A stretch of DNA of 64,000 nt, taken from positions 6,861-70,860 of the forward strand of contig JAFWKF010000003.1 in assembly GCA_017533605.1 (NCBI GenBank), given 5' to 3'. Both the position numbers and the translations under genes were made by a program. The notes below the pieces were generated by a model. The model was not told the origin of the DNA, ran no database searches, and saw only the letters and a list, made by a program, of their open reading frames with translations. Origin of the DNA: Candidatus Saccharimonadota bacterium (GTDB lineage Bacteria > Patescibacteriota > Saccharimonadia > Saccharimonadales > Saccharimonadaceae). This document shows, in pieces, positions 33,480 to 42,404 of this stretch (the first letter of the stretch is position 1; each line of letters starts with the position of its first letter).

Positions 33480-34081
33480 GTAAAATAATGGTAGTAGAAG
33501 ATGATGTATCTCTTCGCGAAATCTATAGTATCCGTATTGTGGCTGAAGGCTACGAAGTAGTTTCTGCTGGTGATGGCGAGGAGGCTCTTGCTGTAGCTGT
33601 CCGTGAAAAGCCAGATCTCATTTTAAGTGATGTAATGATGCCGAAAATTTCTGGTTTTGATATGTTGGATATTTTACGTTCTACACCAGAAACCGCTAAC
33701 ATAAAAGTTGTAATGATGACTGCACTTTCAGCAGAAGACCAGCGTCAACGCGGTGAAAGATTAGGCGCAGATAGATATTTGGTAAAATCACAAGTTGGAA
33801 TTGAAGATGTAATTAATACAATTCATGAGGTGCTCGGCGATCGTGCGGCACCCGAAGCTGCACCAGCACCCGAGGCCGCTCCTACACCAGAACCCGCATC
33901 TACACCAGCTGCAGCTCCTGCACCAGAGGCCGCACCGGTTCCTGCACCTGAAGCTGCACCTATCCCTGAACCTGCCCCAGCTCCTGCTCCAGAAGTTCCT
34001 GCCCTAGAAGCAGTACCTCAACCGGAGGCACAAAATGAACAACCAGCTCAACCAGAAGCCCCAGCAGCTCCGGCTCAATAA
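33476..34081 (+). CDS. Receiver-domain response regulator with Pro/Ala/Glu tail
   Basis: VVEDD, DVMMP, GADRYLVK. Confidence 0.9.
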   Translation: MSKIMVVEDDVSLREIYSIRIVAEGYEVVSAGDGEEALAVAVREKPDLILSDVMMPKISGFDMLDILRSTPETANIKVVMMTALSAEDQRQRGERLGADRYLVKSQVGIEDVINTIHEVLGDRAAPEAAPAPEAAPTPEPASTPAAAPAPEAAPVPAPEAAPIPEPAPAPAPEVPALEAVPQPEAQNEQPAQPEAPAAPAQ

Positions 34082-34814
34082 GTTTTTAGCAGAAAGATTA
34101 GGTGTTTCTCGGCGTGAAGCCGATGAGCTGATTTTGGCTGGTAAGGTTTCTGTAAATGGCAACAAGGCCGAATTAGGGGGTAAAATTGACAAAAATGATA
34201 AAGTGTGCTATAATAATAAGGTAGTGCCTTTTCAGGCGCATTTCTTGTATTTGGCGTTAAATAAACCTGTAGGTTATGTTTGTTCGCGTCGTGCCCAAGG
34301 TGAGGCTAAGACGATTTATGAATTATTGCCTAAAAAATATCATCATCTGAAATCTGTAGGGCGGCTAGATAAAGATTCTTCTGGTCTTATTTTATTAACT
34401 AATGATGGTGATTTTGCTTTTAAAATGACACATCCTAAGTTTCGCAAGAATAAAGTATATGAAGTTGAACTTGATCAACCGTTAGAGCCTTTGCACCAAC
34501 AAATGATTTCGGACTATGGCGTGGAGATTGGTGATGGCGCCTCTCAGTTTAAAATTATTAAGATTACATCGGCGGGTGACGGAGCTGGGGGGACCCCCAC
34601 CGCGCGCAGCCGTCAGGCGAGCACGGTGGGGGAAACTGCGACGGCAGGACCCGCCGAGAAATATATAGTAATTTTGTCTGAGGGGCGGAATCGGCAAATC
34701 CGGCGTACGTTTGCGGCGCTTGGTTATGAAGTGACCAAGCTTCATCGTACGCAATTCGGCAAATACGAACTGGGGGATTTGCAATCTGGTAAATATGTTA
34801 TAATAGAACCATGA
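34035..34814 (+). CDS. RsuA/RluB-family rRNA pseudouridine synthase with an in-frame palindromic insert
   Basis: S4 domain RLNKFLA, GRLDKDSSGL, EGRNRQIRR. Confidence 0.92.
   Translation: MNNQLNQKPQQLRLNKFLAERLGVSRREADELILAGKVSVNGNKAELGGKIDKNDKVCYNNKVVPFQAHFLYLALNKPVGYVCSRRAQGEAKTIYELLPKKYHHLKSVGRLDKDSSGLILLTNDGDFAFKMTHPKFRKNKVYEVELDQPLEPLHQQMISDYGVEIGDGASQFKIIKITSAGDGAGGTPTARSRQASTVGETATAGPAEKYIVILSEGRNRQIRRTFAALGYEVTKLHRTQFGKYELGDLQSGKYVIIEP
34569..34657. repeat. Palindromic element family B, in frame
   Basis: CGGGTGACGG...CCCCCACCG/CGGTGGGGG...CGGCAGGACCCG; ends shared with 49869-49948. Confidence 0.8.
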
Positions 34815-36034
34815 GCACTATCTTAGCTTTAGATATTGGTACGGAATTTGTAAAGGCAGTTTTGGCACGCCCCGATAAAAAGGGTAATCTTGAAATTTTG
34901 GGTATCGGCAAAGCCAAGCAGACCGAGGGCAATATGCACGCTGGCGCAGTGGCAGATATTCCGGCCGTGGTTTCGGTATGTGAAGATGCTTTAGTGCAGG
35001 TTGAGGAGCAGGCGCACGAGCGTGCTTCGCTCACAGTAGTGGGGATTGCTGGCGAATTGATTAAAGGAAACACTACTACGGTAAACTATACCCGCAAAAA
35101 TCCAAATAAGCCTATTACTGAAGCCGAGATGAATGAAATTATCAAAAAAGTTCAGCAAAAATCTGGCGAAGTAGCTAAAAAGACCGTGGCACTAGAAGTT
35201 GGTAATGACAATGTGGAAGTACGCCTAATTAATTCCGCGATTGTTTCTTTGACGATTGATGGTTATAAGATTTCTAATCCGGTCGGTTTTAAAGGTTCTG
35301 ATATTATTATTCAGTTTTATACGGCTTTTGCGCCACTAATTCATGTGGCGGCAATTGAAAAGGTTTGTGCGGAGCTTAATTTGGATTTACTAACTGTGGC
35401 GGTAGAGCCGTTTGCGGTGTGTAGAGCATGTCTAGGTGACGATGTAGATTCCAATTTCTCTGGTGTGGTCATGGATATCGGTGGTGGTACTACTGATATT
35501 GCCGTAGTAGAAGATGGCGGTGTGGAAGGCACTAAAATGTTTAGTATTGGTGGGCGAAGTTTCACGCACCAAATCGCCGAATCTTTAGGTGTAGATTTTG
35601 ACACGGCTGAAAATTATAAACTAGATTATGATACTGGCGAGTTAGACGACCGCGTGAAGTCAAAAGTTGAAACGGCACTTTCTCGCAATATCAGCGTGTG
35701 GCTAACTGGTGTAGAAGTAGCTTTAGAAGATTTTGAGAGTATGGGAAGTTTGCCAAGGAATATTTTGCTTTGCGGCGGTGGTGCTTCGCTTTCACTGCTA
35801 CAAGAAACTTTGGCGGTGTCCGATTGGTATGAAGGTCTGCCATTCTCTCGGCGTCCGATTATTCATTTGATTGATGTAAGTGATTTGCCGAATTTGATTA
35901 TCAAAAATGCGCCAGAACTAGATCATTCCTTTGCGACAGCTCTAGGGCTCCTTCGCGTGGGTGTAGATACGCTTGCCAGCGCACCAGAAGAGCATAAACT
36001 GCGCGCTAAAATTGCTAAATTATTACAAAACTAA
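34811..36034 (+). CDS. FtsA-like actin-family ATPase
   Basis: LALDIGT, MDIGGGTTD, LCGGGA. Confidence 0.8.
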   Translation: MSTILALDIGTEFVKAVLARPDKKGNLEILGIGKAKQTEGNMHAGAVADIPAVVSVCEDALVQVEEQAHERASLTVVGIAGELIKGNTTTVNYTRKNPNKPITEAEMNEIIKKVQQKSGEVAKKTVALEVGNDNVEVRLINSAIVSLTIDGYKISNPVGFKGSDIIIQFYTAFAPLIHVAAIEKVCAELNLDLLTVAVEPFAVCRACLGDDVDSNFSGVVMDIGGGTTDIAVVEDGGVEGTKMFSIGGRSFTHQIAESLGVDFDTAENYKLDYDTGELDDRVKSKVETALSRNISVWLTGVEVALEDFESMGSLPRNILLCGGGASLSLLQETLAVSDWYEGLPFSRRPIIHLIDVSDLPNLIIKNAPELDHSFATALGLLRVGVDTLASAPEEHKLRAKIAKLLQN

Positions 36035-37911
36035 TCTAATACGGCTTTGATACGGCGAATGCCGGCGGCGGAGGATTCTTCTTTTTGGATTTTAAAGTGG
36101 CCAAGAACGCCGGTATGTTCTACATGCGGGCCACCGCAAACTTCGCGCGAGACTGGATTATTGAAATCACCAATAGTATAAACTTTGAGTTTCTCTGGGT
36201 ATTTATCCCAAAATTGTCCGTGAGCTTTTAGGGTGTTTTTGGCATAATCTTTATCATATTCGTCGTAGACGACTGGTAAATCTGCTTTAATCCAATCGTT
36301 AACTTGGTCTTCTACGGTTTGTTTTTCTTCTGGCGTGAGCTTGTGGTCACAATTAAAGTCAAAACGTACTCTGTCGGCGGTAATATTAGAGCCTTTTTGG
36401 ACAATGTCTTTACTGATGTGCTTTTGCAAAGCTGCAAGCAGTAAATGGGTGGCAGTGTGGTATTTAATAGTTTGTTCGCCATGATCTTCTAGGCCACCTT
36501 TAAACATACCTTTAGAGGCAGTTTGGCTGCGTTCACGTTGTTCTTTTAAGGCTTCTTCAAATTCTTTTAAGTAGTTTTCGGTGAGTTTAATTCCCTCGCG
36601 ATAGCATTCCTCAACGGATAGTTCCATTGGGAAGCCGTAAGTATCTTGAAGTTTAAAGAGATCATTTCCGGAAATAACCGTATCGTTTTTAGTCATCTTG
36701 CGAAGTTCTTTTAACCCGCGATTTAGAGTTTTTCTAAAGGCGGTTTCTTCATTAAGCATGACTTCTAGAGCAGTTTCGCGGTGGGTAAGGATGGAATCTG
36801 GTAAATCTTGGTAGTTTTCGGCTACGATTGGGACGATTTCGGATAAGAAGTTGTCTGAAATACCTAAGTCTAGAGCTCTCAAAATCGCCCGGCGTAGCAG
36901 CCGGCGCATAGCGTAACCTTGGGTTTTATTGGATGGGACTAAACCCTCAGCGGCGAGTAGGTACGCGCCACGGATATGGTCGGCAATGACGCGCATTTCG
37001 TCAGTGTTGTTTTCATAAGATTTGCCGGAGATTTGTTCTAGTTTATCAATGATTGGTTGCATGAGGGAGATTCTAAATACGTCAAATGAATCAATAGAAG
37101 CTGCAGTGATGCGTTCCAAACCGGCGCCAAAATCTACGTTCTTTTTTTCTAGTTCGCTAAACGAGCCGTCTTCGTTACGGCGATATTGCATAAAAACTTG
37201 GTTGCCGATTTCCATAAATCTGGCACCGTCGCTGGCGGGGTGGGCGAGGCCGTACTTGGCTTCGTCTTGTTTGTCTTCGCCAAAATCGTAAAATACTTCA
37301 GAGTCTGGGCCACATGGGTCGCCGATAGGTGTAGTTTCGCAACCACCACCACGGCTCCACCAGTTTTCGTGGTCGTCGTAAAAGAATATTCTTTCGCCGG
37401 GTTTGATTCCGCGTTTATCGCCGGCTTTAGCAGTGCCGATTTCGGCGATTTTGGCTTCTATGCCGGCTTCTTCAAAGACTTTTTGCCAGATTTTAGCGGA
37501 TTCGGTATCTTTAGGAATACCGAATTTTTCGCTACCAATAAAACATGTAACATAAATACGCGAAGGGTCTAAACCGACTTCTTTTGTTAGAAAATCGTAA
37601 AAATTGCGAATTTGCTCTTCTTTAAAATAATCGCCTAACGACCAGTTGCCGAGCATCTCAAATACAGTGGTGTGACGTGGGTCGCCAACATCTTCAATAT
37701 CTTGAAGACGCATGGACGGTTGAGAGTCGCAAAGTCTTTTGCCGAGCGGGTGCTCTTTACCGAGCAAATATGGCAAAAGTGGCTGCATGCCGGAGCCAGT
37801 GAAAAGTGTGGTAGGGTCGCCCTCTAACACGAGTGGGGCGGGCTGAATAATCTTGTGCCCTCTTTCCTCTTGAAATTTTAAAAATTTTTCGCGAACTAAA
37901 TTTGCATCCAT
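36031..37911 (-). CDS. alaS: Alanyl-tRNA synthetase (no C-Ala domain)
   Basis: DPTTLFT, FEMLGNWS, HTATH, CGGPH, GIRRI. Confidence 0.95.
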   Translation of the reverse strand: MDANLVREKFLKFQEERGHKIIQPAPLVLEGDPTTLFTGSGMQPLLPYLLGKEHPLGKRLCDSQPSMRLQDIEDVGDPRHTTVFEMLGNWSLGDYFKEEQIRNFYDFLTKEVGLDPSRIYVTCFIGSEKFGIPKDTESAKIWQKVFEEAGIEAKIAEIGTAKAGDKRGIKPGERIFFYDDHENWWSRGGGCETTPIGDPCGPDSEVFYDFGEDKQDEAKYGLAHPASDGARFMEIGNQVFMQYRRNEDGSFSELEKKNVDFGAGLERITAASIDSFDVFRISLMQPIIDKLEQISGKSYENNTDEMRVIADHIRGAYLLAAEGLVPSNKTQGYAMRRLLRRAILRALDLGISDNFLSEIVPIVAENYQDLPDSILTHRETALEVMLNEETAFRKTLNRGLKELRKMTKNDTVISGNDLFKLQDTYGFPMELSVEECYREGIKLTENYLKEFEEALKEQRERSQTASKGMFKGGLEDHGEQTIKYHTATHLLLAALQKHISKDIVQKGSNITADRVRFDFNCDHKLTPEEKQTVEDQVNDWIKADLPVVYDEYDKDYAKNTLKAHGQFWDKYPEKLKVYTIGDFNNPVSREVCGGPHVEHTGVLGHFKIQKEESSAAGIRRIKAVLD

Positions 37912-38014
37912 AGCTTTTATTATATCATAAAACCTAAGAATATAATTTAGCTCTTGCACTTTTTAAAAATTATGCTAAAATAAGCTTAAGTATAATTAAT
38001 AAAAAGGAATTATT

Positions 38015-38215
38015 ATGGCACAAGCAAAAAAGAAAACCGCAACAAAAACCGCCAAAAAAGCTGCACGTCCACAAGCTCGCAAGAAAGCTTGCACTCGTAC
38101 TGCTAAAAAACAAGGTATTGACCGTTCTGACAAGATGCACGTCTATATCGTTACAGTCATGGCGATGATTGCCGGTATCTTACTCTGCGCAAATGCTGCA
38201 ATGATGATTGTTTAA
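38015..38215 (+). CDS. Small basic protein with C-terminal TM
   Basis: SD AAGGA; Lys/Ala-rich N-terminus. Confidence 0.6.
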   Translation: MAQAKKKTATKTAKKAARPQARKKACTRTAKKQGIDRSDKMHVYIVTVMAMIAGILLCANAAMMIV

Positions 38216-39261
38216 TAGATAATACCGCCGCCTAGGCAGATTTCGTTATCGTAAATTACAGCAGATTGCCCGGAAGCGGGACGTTTGATTTCTTTTGCAA
38301 AGCTTATAGTTTTGTCAGTGATTTTTGCTGGGATTAGTGGAGCTCGGTGACGTAAGCGTACCAAGACTTCTTTTTCGTGGAATTTTTCTGTAGTTCTAAA
38401 GAATACATCTTTTAGTTTTAATTCCTTAGTCCAGAGGTTTTTATTGTTGAGATCTTTTGAAACATATATGATGTTGTTTTTGATATCTTTTTTGACCACA
38501 TAATAAGGTAAGCCGTCATTCACCACGCCTTTTTCGCCATTTAGATATAAACCGTGGCGTTGGCCGATAGTATAAAACACGGCGCCCTCGTGGTAGCCGA
38601 GAACTCTATCTGATTCGGCTTCGCGGATTTCACCTGGTTTAATTTCAATGTAGTTTTTGAGGAAATCTTTCATGCCAACTTCGCCTACGAAACATACGCC
38701 CATGGATTCTTTTTTATAGGCGTTATGCAGGCCTTTTTCTTTGGCGAGCTTTTTGACTTCGGGTTTTGTCATACCACCAATTGGAAAAATTGTGTGGGCC
38801 AAAGCTTCATCCGATATACGATATAAGAAATAAGTTTGGTCCTTGTTTTCATCTACGGATCTTGTAAGGGCAATACCGTTTTTACGAGCATAATGCCCCG
38901 TAGCGATAAAATCGGCGCCGGCTTTAATTGTTTTTTCGTAAAATAATTTGAATTTGATTTCTTGATTACACATAATGTCTGGGTTTGGCGTGTTGCCGTG
39001 GCGGAATTCTTTTAGCATGTATTCCACGACTTTTTCACGGTATTCTTTTTCAAAATCCCAAACCTCAAATGGGATGCTTAGTTTAACTGCTACGCGTTTA
39101 GCATCGGCGAGATCTTCGGCCCACGGGCATTTCATACCAGGTAAATCTTCGGACCAGTTTTTCATATAAACACCAACAACATTATAGCCTTGCTCTTTTA
39201 AAAGCAAAGCTGATACGCTTGAATCAACGCCGCCGCTCATCCCTACATATACAGTCTTCAT
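38212..39261 (-). CDS. mnmA: tRNA 2-thiouridylase
   Basis: MSGGVDS, TPNPDIMCN, ATGHYA, KDQTYFL. Confidence 0.96.
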   Translation of the reverse strand: MKTVYVGMSGGVDSSVSALLLKEQGYNVVGVYMKNWSEDLPGMKCPWAEDLADAKRVAVKLSIPFEVWDFEKEYREKVVEYMLKEFRHGNTPNPDIMCNQEIKFKLFYEKTIKAGADFIATGHYARKNGIALTRSVDENKDQTYFLYRISDEALAHTIFPIGGMTKPEVKKLAKEKGLHNAYKKESMGVCFVGEVGMKDFLKNYIEIKPGEIREAESDRVLGYHEGAVFYTIGQRHGLYLNGEKGVVNDGLPYYVVKKDIKNNIIYVSKDLNNKNLWTKELKLKDVFFRTTEKFHEKEVLVRLRHRAPLIPAKITDKTISFAKEIKRPASGQSAVIYDNEICLGGGIIY

Positions 39262-39296
39262 AAAAATATTATAACATAAAATGCTAATTATTAAAA

Positions 39297-39863
39297 ATGG
39301 TTTTTGGTTGGGATGAAGATGACACCGTCACTGCTAATCCTACTTACTCACCTGGGGATACCATTACTCTGGAGCCTACTCAAGCTAATGCAATTACACT
39401 AATATAGAAGGTAATCCACAGGTAACTGCCGATGCCGATGGGAATATTATTTCATTTGAATATAGAAGTATTGGTACTAATGGTATTACCTTTATATGCT
39501 GGGTTTACTTTCTATTGCTATAGTAATCAGTATTTTTATCTTGATGCTTCAACTTCGTCTTCAATTACTGGGACTAGCTTCGTTTCTCATATCAACAGTA
39601 GCGGTTGGCGAGTACAATCTAATCAAGAGCAAACCTTCATTCTAGATATTACTTATACTCCGGCACCGAATAAGAGTATTTCTGTGACATTTACTCCAGT
39701 CCGTTCTGGATCGGGTAGTTTCAGTAGCAATAACTCTAATCTAATGGCTTATATCCCAGATAGCTTAGAAAATGCCACTATTATCTTGAGTGGTACTGGT
39801 ATAGATAGCTCAAAAGATTTATCTAATGCAACGATTTATGAATTTAGTGTGACAAAGCCTTAA
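39297..39863 (+). pseudogene. Frameshifted surface-protein fragment
   Basis: Three segments with surface-protein-like composition in alternating frames; stop at 39405. Confidence 0.45.
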
Positions 39864-40986
39864 TTCTTTTGTATTCGTTTTTAATTGTTTCGTTGATAAT
39901 ATCGGCGGCTTTATGGATTTGTTCTTCAGTATTAGTTTCGCCAAGAGTAATACGAAGTGAACCGGCAATTTGTTCGTCTGTTAAGCCGATAGCCTTTAGA
40001 ACATGTGAACGGACGCCTTTAGAAGCGGCACAGGCGGCGCCGGTGGCTACAAATATATCTTTTTCTTCAAGAAGGAACACTAATCGTTCCGCATCTATAC
40101 CATTATAGCATAAAACTATAAAATTGTCAAGAGAGTGCTTACGGTTAATTAACTCATAGTCTTTTAGTTCGGCAAGTAGAATTTTGCGCCAGGTAGTGTA
40201 TTTTTTACGATTACCATTTAGATGTCCTTTAGCTAGCTCGGTGGCTTTAGCAAATCCAATTACTCCGGGAACGTTTTCAGTGCCAGATCGCAAACCTTTT
40301 TCTTGGCCGCCACCAGCTACAAGTGGATGGAGCTTGGCGTCATGAGATACATATAGAGCGCCTACACCTTTAGGACCATATATTTTAGCGGAATTAATTG
40401 TTAGTAAATCTACACCGAGTCTAGCTACGCTTATATCTAGTAAGTTTAGTGCTTGGGAAGCATCCGAGTGCAGCAACAATTGAGTTTTAACGCCACGCTT
40501 CATGCGATTGAGTTTGGTTTCGCGAATAATACTAGCAATTTCCGCTAGCGGTTGTACAGTACCAAGTTCATTATTAGCAAGAGCAACCGAGATGAGTTCG
40601 GTTTGGTCGGTGATTTTGGACTTCAAATCATTTAAATCAATTAAACCGTTTGGTAAAACTTTAATGGGTTTACCGCCTAGATTTTTAGCAACGGCGCGCA
40701 CCGAATCATGTTCAGTTTCTAGATATAGAATTGCACCATTTTTATTGACGCTTGTGAAAGCGAGATTATTAGCTTCGGTGGCGCCAGCGGTGATGATGAG
40801 ATCAGATGCTTTGGCACCGATGGCGTGAGCAATGGTGGCCTTAGCGGCTTCATATTCGCTGGCTACTTTTTTGGCTGGTAAATATGCAGCGGAAGGATTA
40901 AAAAAGTCGTCCGTAAAATACGGCTCCATGGCTTCTTTAACTTTGGGAGCAACTGGTGTTGCCGCCGCATGGTCCAAATAAATCAT
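39844..40986 (-). CDS. iscS: Cysteine desulfurase
   Basis: YLDHAAAT, KIYGPKG, RSGTEN, GAAC. Confidence 0.92.
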   Translation of the reverse strand: MIYLDHAAATPVAPKVKEAMEPYFTDDFFNPSAAYLPAKKVASEYEAAKATIAHAIGAKASDLIITAGATEANNLAFTSVNKNGAILYLETEHDSVRAVAKNLGGKPIKVLPNGLIDLNDLKSKITDQTELISVALANNELGTVQPLAEIASIIRETKLNRMKRGVKTQLLLHSDASQALNLLDISVARLGVDLLTINSAKIYGPKGVGALYVSHDAKLHPLVAGGGQEKGLRSGTENVPGVIGFAKATELAKGHLNGNRKKYTTWRKILLAELKDYELINRKHSLDNFIVLCYNGIDAERLVFLLEEKDIFVATGAACAASKGVRSHVLKAIGLTDEQIAGSLRITLGETNTEEQIHKAADIINETIKNEYKRIKALSH

Positions 40987-41004
40987 AAAAATATTATAAC
41001 ACTT

Positions 41005-41568
41005 TTATTCACTTTTTACAAACTTATACTCTTTGTCATCAGCCTTTAAGGTTAGTTCTCCTTTGGCTTGATTTAGAGTATACTCGTATTCGTTGTTTAG
41101 AGTGTAGAGCCAGTCGGTTTCAATTAATAATTTGCCGTCTTCTATTGCCCAAATGAAATCATAATCATTGGTATGATTGTTGGTAGTGAGAGTCCCTTTG
41201 CCGACTTCTGTAAATTGCCAAATAACGCCTGAGTTGCCATCTATACAGTTGGCTTCGCCGGCGCCGACAGTTTCTTCTTCGCTAACACAATTGGTTTCTT
41301 CGTCTAAAGCCCAAGTGCCGATTTCTACTAAATACTCACCGTCTGCTATGGCTGGGGTTCTAGTAAAAGTGATGACTATATATATAATTCCCGCAATTAA
41401 TACCATCAGGCCTACGATAAAAGTAATAATGGAGATCTTAAGTTTCTTTGGTTTTTTGGCTTTCTTTGGTTTCTTTGGTTTTTCTTCTTTTTGGGGCTTA
41501 GCGTTAGCCTCTGGCTTAAAAGCTTCTGCGAGCTCTTCTGGTGTAACAATATCCTTATTCTTTTCCAT
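41005..41568 (-). CDS. Hypothetical single-TM protein
   Basis: ORF with a TM helix and a leaderless-type promoter. Confidence 0.6.
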   Translation of the reverse strand: MEKNKDIVTPEELAEAFKPEANAKPQKEEKPKKPKKAKKPKKLKISIITFIVGLMVLIAGIIYIVITFTRTPAIADGEYLVEIGTWALDEETNCVSEEETVGAGEANCIDGNSGVIWQFTEVGKGTLTTNNHTNDYDFIWAIEDGKLLIETDWLYTLNNEYEYTLNQAKGELTLKADDKEYKFVKSE

Positions 41569-41591
41569 AGTTTAATTTTAGCAATAGCATT

Positions 41592-42404
41592 TTAATTTGA
41601 CAAGTTAAACAGTTCCTCGGCATTTTTGGTGGTTTGTTGTCTTACGGTGTCAAAGTCTGTTTCTAGTTTGGTACTGAGCCACTCGGCAATCTCGCGAATA
41701 AATGCCGGCTCGTTGATCTCTCCGCGAAATGGTACTGGTGCTAAAAATGGCGCATCGGTTTCTAGGATGATGCGTTCTAGCGGTGGGGTGGGTAAAGTTG
41801 AATAGGTCGCTAAACCATTAACACCGATATAGAATTCAGTTTCGTTTAAAATGCGTTTTAGGACTTTTTTGCTGTCGGTAAAAGAATGTACGACACCACG
41901 GACTTTTGGGAAATTACTAATGACGGCGAAGAAATCGTTGAATGCTTCACGAACGTGGAATGACACAGGTAAATAACTATCTACTGCCAGCTGTAGCATC
42001 TGTTCAAATAGTTTTATCTGCGCCTCCCGATTAAAACCTTCATAATGATAATCTAAACCGACTTCTCCGATAGCTACGAGTTTATCTCGTTCGGGGGCGC
42101 GTCCGGCCGGCCCATCGCCATGGGCGGCCGGCGCTACTCCTCGGCTTGCCAGCCTCCGGACCCCCCTTCGCTGAGACAAACTCGTGGCATTGGCAGGATG
42201 CACCCCATATGTCCAATATATATTATTATGGTTATTTGCAAAGTCGCGTGCTGCGAGAGAGTCTTCGTGTGAAGTGCCGATACAGATGATTTTATTAACA
42301 CCTGCTTCTTTGGCGTGTTTAATCATTTCCTCCGCTTGTTCGCTGGAGAAGAATTCGCGGTCGTGTAAGTGGCAATGCGCATCAATTAAGTTATTCATCA
42401 TCAT
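41592..42404 (-). CDS. tatD: TatD-family nuclease with an in-frame palindromic insert
   Basis: DAHCH, GVHP, AIGEVGLD, HSF, LETDAP. Confidence 0.92.
   Translation of the reverse strand: MMMNNLIDAHCHLHDREFFSSEQAEEMIKHAKEAGVNKIICIGTSHEDSLAARDFANNHNNIYWTYGVHPANATSLSQRRGVRRLASRGVAPAAHGDGPAGRAPERDKLVAIGEVGLDYHYEGFNREAQIKLFEQMLQLAVDSYLPVSFHVREAFNDFFAVISNFPKVRGVVHSFTDSKKVLKRILNETEFYIGVNGLATYSTLPTPPLERIILETDAPFLAPVPFRGEINEPAFIREIAEWLSTKLETDFDTVRQQTTKNAEELFNLSN
42073..42188. repeat. Palindromic element family C, in frame in tatD (antisense orientation)
   Basis: GGGGCGCGTC...GCGCTACTCCTCG...CTCCGGACCCCC shared with 57905-57976. Confidence 0.85.
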
